From an uncultured Oscillospiraceae bacterium (GTDB taxonomy: Bacteria > Bacillota > Clostridia > Peptostreptococcales > Anaerovoracaceae): 64,000 nt of DNA. The stretch is taken from assembly GCA_964346675.1 (NCBI GenBank), contig CAYFUZ010000001.1, forward strand, positions 19,272-83,271, written 5' to 3'. This document shows, in pieces, positions 60,388-64,000 of the stretch; positions within the stretch are counted from its first letter, which is position 1, and every line of letters begins with the position of its first letter. The notes below the pieces were generated by a model, which was not told where the DNA came from, did no database searches, and was given only the letters and a program-made list of their open reading frames with translations. The position numbers and the translations under genes are program-made.

Positions 60388-61599
60388 ATGAAGAATGAGG
60401 GTTTTAAAATCATGCCGGTACTTGGCTGTATAGTTACTATGCTATCAGTCGGGATTGTTTACATGTGGAGTGTATTCTAGCAGCCGGTCATGGATTATTA
60501 CGGCTGGGAGAAAACAGCGGTTTCGTTTATTTCCGCCATAAATATATTTATGTTTCTTGTGGGAGTATTCCTGGGTGGAATACTTGTAGACAAATTCGGA
60601 CCAAGATGGGTTAATCTGGTTTCGGGTGTGTTGTTCGGACTCGGTCTGTTTTTAACCTCGATGCTTCCGGTAGACAAACCGCAGCTCATATATATTACCT
60701 ACGGTGTCATGGCGGGAACGGGCGTAGGTCTGGCTTATGCCGGTGCCACAAACTGCCTCCAGAAATGGTTCCCCACAAGGCGCGGATTTGCGTCGTCTTT
60801 AGCTTCGGGAGCCTTCGGAACGTCCATCGTTGTATGTGTTCCCATCGCAAAGGCCTTGCTCGCGGTTGGGGTGACACATGCTTTCAGAACTTTAGGTATA
60901 GTTCTTGGCACAATCGTAATACTGTGTTCTTTTTTGCTTATTACTCCGCCTGAGGGTTATATGAAAGATAAGCTTCCGCAAAAAAACACCGATACGAATC
61001 CTTACAGCTTCAAAGAGGCTTTGGGTGACAAAAGGTTTTGGTTCATGTGCGCCGGTCTGTTTTTCGGTGGCATACCGTATCTTATGGTTAACCCTATAGT
61101 GCAGACACTCGGTGCTGAAAGGGGAATTGCTCCGGGAATATTGACCGCAACTTCTATGATTGTGGGTGTCGGCAGCGCCGTTTCAAGATTTGTTGTTCCC
61201 ACCATTTCGGACAAACTCGGAAGGGCAAAAGCCATGAAGCTTATGTTCATTCTTGCCTTTGCAGGGTCTATTCTCATGATATTCGCCAAGGGTCTTTTGT
61301 ATCCGCTTGTGATATTCTTTATTGTGTGTGCATACAGCGGTCCTGCCGGAATATATCCGGCAATGACCGGTGATGCTTTCGGCATGAAAAATACGGGAAC
61401 CATTTTCGGCGCCGCATTTATTACGCTGGGTTTTTCTTCTATATTAACAACTTGGCTTGTCGGGTTTGTTACAAAAATAAGCGGAGGCTATACCTGGTGT
61501 TTCATAATAGCTGCCGTGCTTACTCTGATTCCGGTGTATTGCATGCATATCTATGATAAAGTTGCGATAGAAATGGAAGCGAAAAGATGGAAGGCCTAG
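60388..61599 (+). pseudogene. MFS transporter (oxalate/formate antiporter-like family) interrupted by an in-frame TAG at codon 31
   Basis: ATG 60388 opens MKNEGFKIMPVLGCIVTMLSVGIVYMWSVF, then TAG (60478-60480), then the same frame continues QPVMDYYGWEKTAVSF into the 369-aa ORF (60490-61599). The Y.WSVF...P......GW motif spans the stop. Confidence 0.7.
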
Positions 61600-62738
61600 G
61601 CCTTAAGACCGATAAGCGAAATAGAGAATACGACGTTATAATCATAGGCGCAGGTCCCGCGGGGCTTAGTGCGGCTAAAAACGCATCAGACGGCGGCAGC
61701 AGTGTTTTAGTGCTGGAGCGCAATGCCGAACCTTTAAAAAAAATCCATGCCACGGGGAACGGCAGATGCAATTTTCTTAATCGCAAGGCCGACGAAGCTG
61801 AAAGCGTACTCAAGTATTGTAATTCCATAGGTATATGCGAGGTGGAAGAAGACGACGGAAGGCTGTATCCGAGAAGCCGTAGGGCTTCAAGCGTTGCTGC
61901 GGCCATATGCAAGGCGGCATTGTCGGCAGGGGTGGAACTGCGCACAAATTGTACGGTCAAAGAAGTACAAAAAAAAGAACACGGTTTTGAGTTAGAATCG
62001 GATGCAGGAGAAATTTTTGCGGCAAAGCATCTTATCATAGCCTGCGGAGGAAAGGCCGGCATACAATATGGTTGCTACGGTGACGGTTATAAGTGGGCGC
62101 AGGATTTCGGGCATAGCCTCGTAAAGCCTATACCTGCGTTGACCGGACTTGAATGCGCAGAGGATATAGTAGTGCTTCACGGTACAAGAATTTACGCCAA
62201 AGCAAGTCTTCTGGGAGACGGTTTCGAGCTTGCGTCCGATATCGGAGAGGTGCAGTTTACAAAAAATTCAATCTCCGGCATATGCGTAATGAACCTCAGC
62301 AGATATTTCAGGACAGAAAATGCGAAAAAATTTATTTTAAGACTTGATCTTTATCCCGAATACGGATTACGGGAACTTACAAGAGTTTTTTTTAAACAGC
62401 AGAAAATTTTAGGATGCCCGATGGAAGGTCTCGTTCCTGAAAATATGTATGAATATATTAGTGAAAGAATTGGTATAGAAAAGCAAGGCCCCGAAGCGCT
62501 GGCGGCGTGTTCTAAGGAGCTTGAATTCACGATTACGGGGAGCCGCGGCTGGAAAAACGCGCAGGTTACTTCCGGCGGCGTGAAGCTTTCGGAACTTGAT
62601 GAAAACTTTCAGTCAAAGCTGGTTCCCGGACTTTGGTTTGCGGGGGAAATATTAAACTATGACGGTCCCTGCGGAGGATATAATCTGGCCTGGGCATTTA
62701 AAAGCGGAATAAAAACCGGCAGAGCGGCTTCAAAATAA
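61587..62738 (+). CDS. HI0933/BaiN-like NAD(P)/FAD-dependent oxidoreductase
   Basis: 383 aa. Dinucleotide fold DVIIIGAGPAGLSAA, ATGNGRCN, ACGGKA, C-terminal FAGE..N.DG.CGGYNL.WA..SG. Confidence 0.8.
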   Translation: MEGLGLKTDKRNREYDVIIIGAGPAGLSAAKNASDGGSSVLVLERNAEPLKKIHATGNGRCNFLNRKADEAESVLKYCNSIGICEVEEDDGRLYPRSRRASSVAAAICKAALSAGVELRTNCTVKEVQKKEHGFELESDAGEIFAAKHLIIACGGKAGIQYGCYGDGYKWAQDFGHSLVKPIPALTGLECAEDIVVLHGTRIYAKASLLGDGFELASDIGEVQFTKNSISGICVMNLSRYFRTENAKKFILRLDLYPEYGLRELTRVFFKQQKILGCPMEGLVPENMYEYISERIGIEKQGPEALAACSKELEFTITGSRGWKNAQVTSGGVKLSELDENFQSKLVPGLWFAGEILNYDGPCGGYNLAWAFKSGIKTGRAASK

Positions 62739-64000
62739 ATGAACTGGACAAAAAAACAGAAAGACGCAATAGAAGCAAGAAATGAAAGTCTTCTGGTTTC
62801 CGCCGCGGCGGGTTCCGGAAAGACCGCTGTTCTTACGGAAAGAGTGAGCGGACTCCTTAGGGATGGTTCCGACCTTTCGCGTATGCTGATTGTTACCTTC
62901 ACGGAAGCTGCAGCTGCGGAAATGAAGGAAAGAATAGCAAGAAATCTCGGCGTTTATGCGGTCAGGCATTCAAATATAAGCACCTTCCACAGCTTTGCCA
63001 TGAGTATAATACGCAAGTATTATTACATTACCGGTGTAGATCCTAATCTTGTCGTGTGTGACGAATACAGGCAAAATATTTTAAAAAATGAAGCCCTCGA
63101 TGATATGTTTGAAAATCTTTTCGAGTCGGGAGATTCGGGTTTCAGAGATTTTTTAAACAGCTACTGCAGTTCAAAGGATAACAGCGCGGCACGAGATATG
63201 CTGCTCGGTTTTAACGTGTTTTTAAAAAGCCTTCCGGAACCGGATTCTTTTGCTCAAAGCATCGCAGACGGAAGTGCGTTTGATGTGAATAAGTATATGA
63301 GTTTTGCGGCCTCTTACGCGCGGGCCGCTGCGGCAAGAGCCCGCAGCTTGCTTGAAAGCGCAAGGGAGTATTTACTTGTTCTTGCCGACCCGTCAGTTTC
63401 TCCCATGCCCAAGTTGGCGGAAAAACTTTCTTTTGACATCGCGAAGCTCGAATCTATGATTAATTGTTTCGACTCTGACTGTGCGGAGAATGCTTTTGAG
63501 ATTATAGACGTCTTTACCATGCAGAGACTGGTTGCGACCAAGCTTGAAAAACCGTCTTGGGAGCTCGTAAAAGACGGAGTTGTCTGTCTAAGGGATGCTG
63601 CAAAGGACGAATTGAAAAACATAAGAAACTTCGGAGCAGGCCTTAAAGCAGAGGCGCTCATAAAAGAAAAAGAGATGCTGAGCAAACCCTTGTCCGAACT
63701 TGTGCGTTTGGAAAGGGATTTTGATTCAAGATATTCACAAAAAAAGCTTAAGGCCGGACTGATGGATTTTTCCGACATAGAGCACTTTGCGCTTGATATA
63801 CTGAAAAATGAAGACGTGCGGGAAGAACTGCGAAACAGTTTTGACTACATATTTATAGACGAGTACCAGGACAGCAATATGGTTCAGGATACTCTTATAT
63901 CGAGTTTCGCAAGAGAGGACAATCTCTTCCTTGTAGGGGATGTGAAACAATCCATATATAAGTTCCGTTTAGCGGAACCCGAACTTTTCATGAGCAAGTA
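62739..64000 (+). CDS. addA: UvrD/AddA-type ATP-dependent helicase (helicase-nuclease subunit A-like), 5' part; continues beyond the window
   Basis: Own translation of the open frame (not in the ORF track because no stop is reached): MNWTKKQKDAIEARNESLLVSAAAGSGKTAVLTERV ... LIVTFTEAAAAEMKERI ... FIDEYQDSN ... VGDVKQSIYKFRLAEPELF. Assignment as AddA versus another UvrD-family member is tentative, and no addB is adjacent. Confidence 0.75.
   Translation, partial: MNWTKKQKDAIEARNESLLVSAAAGSGKTAVLTERVSGLLRDGSDLSRMLIVTFTEAAAAEMKERIARNLGVYAVRHSNISTFHSFAMSIIRKYYYITGVDPNLVVCDEYRQNILKNEALDDMFENLFESGDSGFRDFLNSYCSSKDNSAARDMLLGFNVFLKSLPEPDSFAQSIADGSAFDVNKYMSFAASYARAAAARARSLLESAREYLLVLADPSVSPMPKLAEKLSFDIAKLESMINCFDSDCAENAFEIIDVFTMQRLVATKLEKPSWELVKDGVVCLRDAAKDELKNIRNFGAGLKAEALIKEKEMLSKPLSELVRLERDFDSRYSQKKLKAGLMDFSDIEHFALDILKNEDVREELRNSFDYIFIDEYQDSNMVQDTLISSFAREDNLFLVGDVKQSIYKFRLAEPELFMSK

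Noticed and set aside
60478-60480. Possibility that the in-frame TAG in the MFS gene reflects amber recoding (for example pyrrolysine or a reassigned stop).
   Set aside because: TAG terminates many conserved genes in this window at their expected C-termini (tpiA, eno, pfkA, livH, gpmI, the second GT4). No pyl-type genes are visible. A point nonsense mutation or a sequencing error is the simpler explanation.

Overview
This 64 kb window looks like a core chromosomal segment of a Gram-positive, Clostridia-like anaerobe; that assignment is an inference from gene content and synteny only. It is densely coding, with about 54 CDS, mostly on the + strand, and many start/stop overlaps (ATGA or TAATG) that suggest translational coupling.

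Gene order:
- partial CocE/NonD hydrolase, an S4-domain protein, uvrB-uvrA, an alpha/beta hydrolase, ung
- xpt plus a BMP-type nucleoside ABC transporter, then gdhA
- a cell-wall polysaccharide cluster: GT4-CsaB fusion, GT4, DUF4330-like protein, O-antigen-ligase-like protein, tagA
- an orphan degenerate P-loop protein and an AT-rich BlaI/BlaR1-like pair
- ftsE-ftsX-M23 peptidase-recJ-S41 peptidase-PrsW-like protease, then an SPFH protein with a small membrane partner
- a yerC-like gene divergent from a PPTase-RecX fusion, type-2 ileS, convergent nth-hom
- pgk-tpiA-eno-secG, a membrane pyrophosphatase, a phosphohexomutase, dnaE-pfkA, an MBL hydrolase
- a liv-type branched-chain amino acid ABC operon, a DUF308-like protein with a charged tail coupled to gpmI
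- an MFS gene interrupted by an in-frame TAG, an HI0933-like flavoprotein, and the 5' part of an AddA/UvrD-like helicase

I recognised no rRNA, tRNA, CRISPR array, transposase, integrase or obvious defence island. I do not see convincing evidence for a complete novel multi-gene system.

The most unusual observations are single-gene architectures:
- an apparently circularly permuted LivJ-type binding lipoprotein
- a PPTase-RecX fusion
- a GT4-CsaB fusion
- a BlaR1-type sensor with a degenerate M23/LytM ectodomain
- a degenerate ParA/MinD-like orphan
- two near-leaderless promoter-start arrangements

All calls rest on reading the ORF translations and the DNA by eye. No searches were run.
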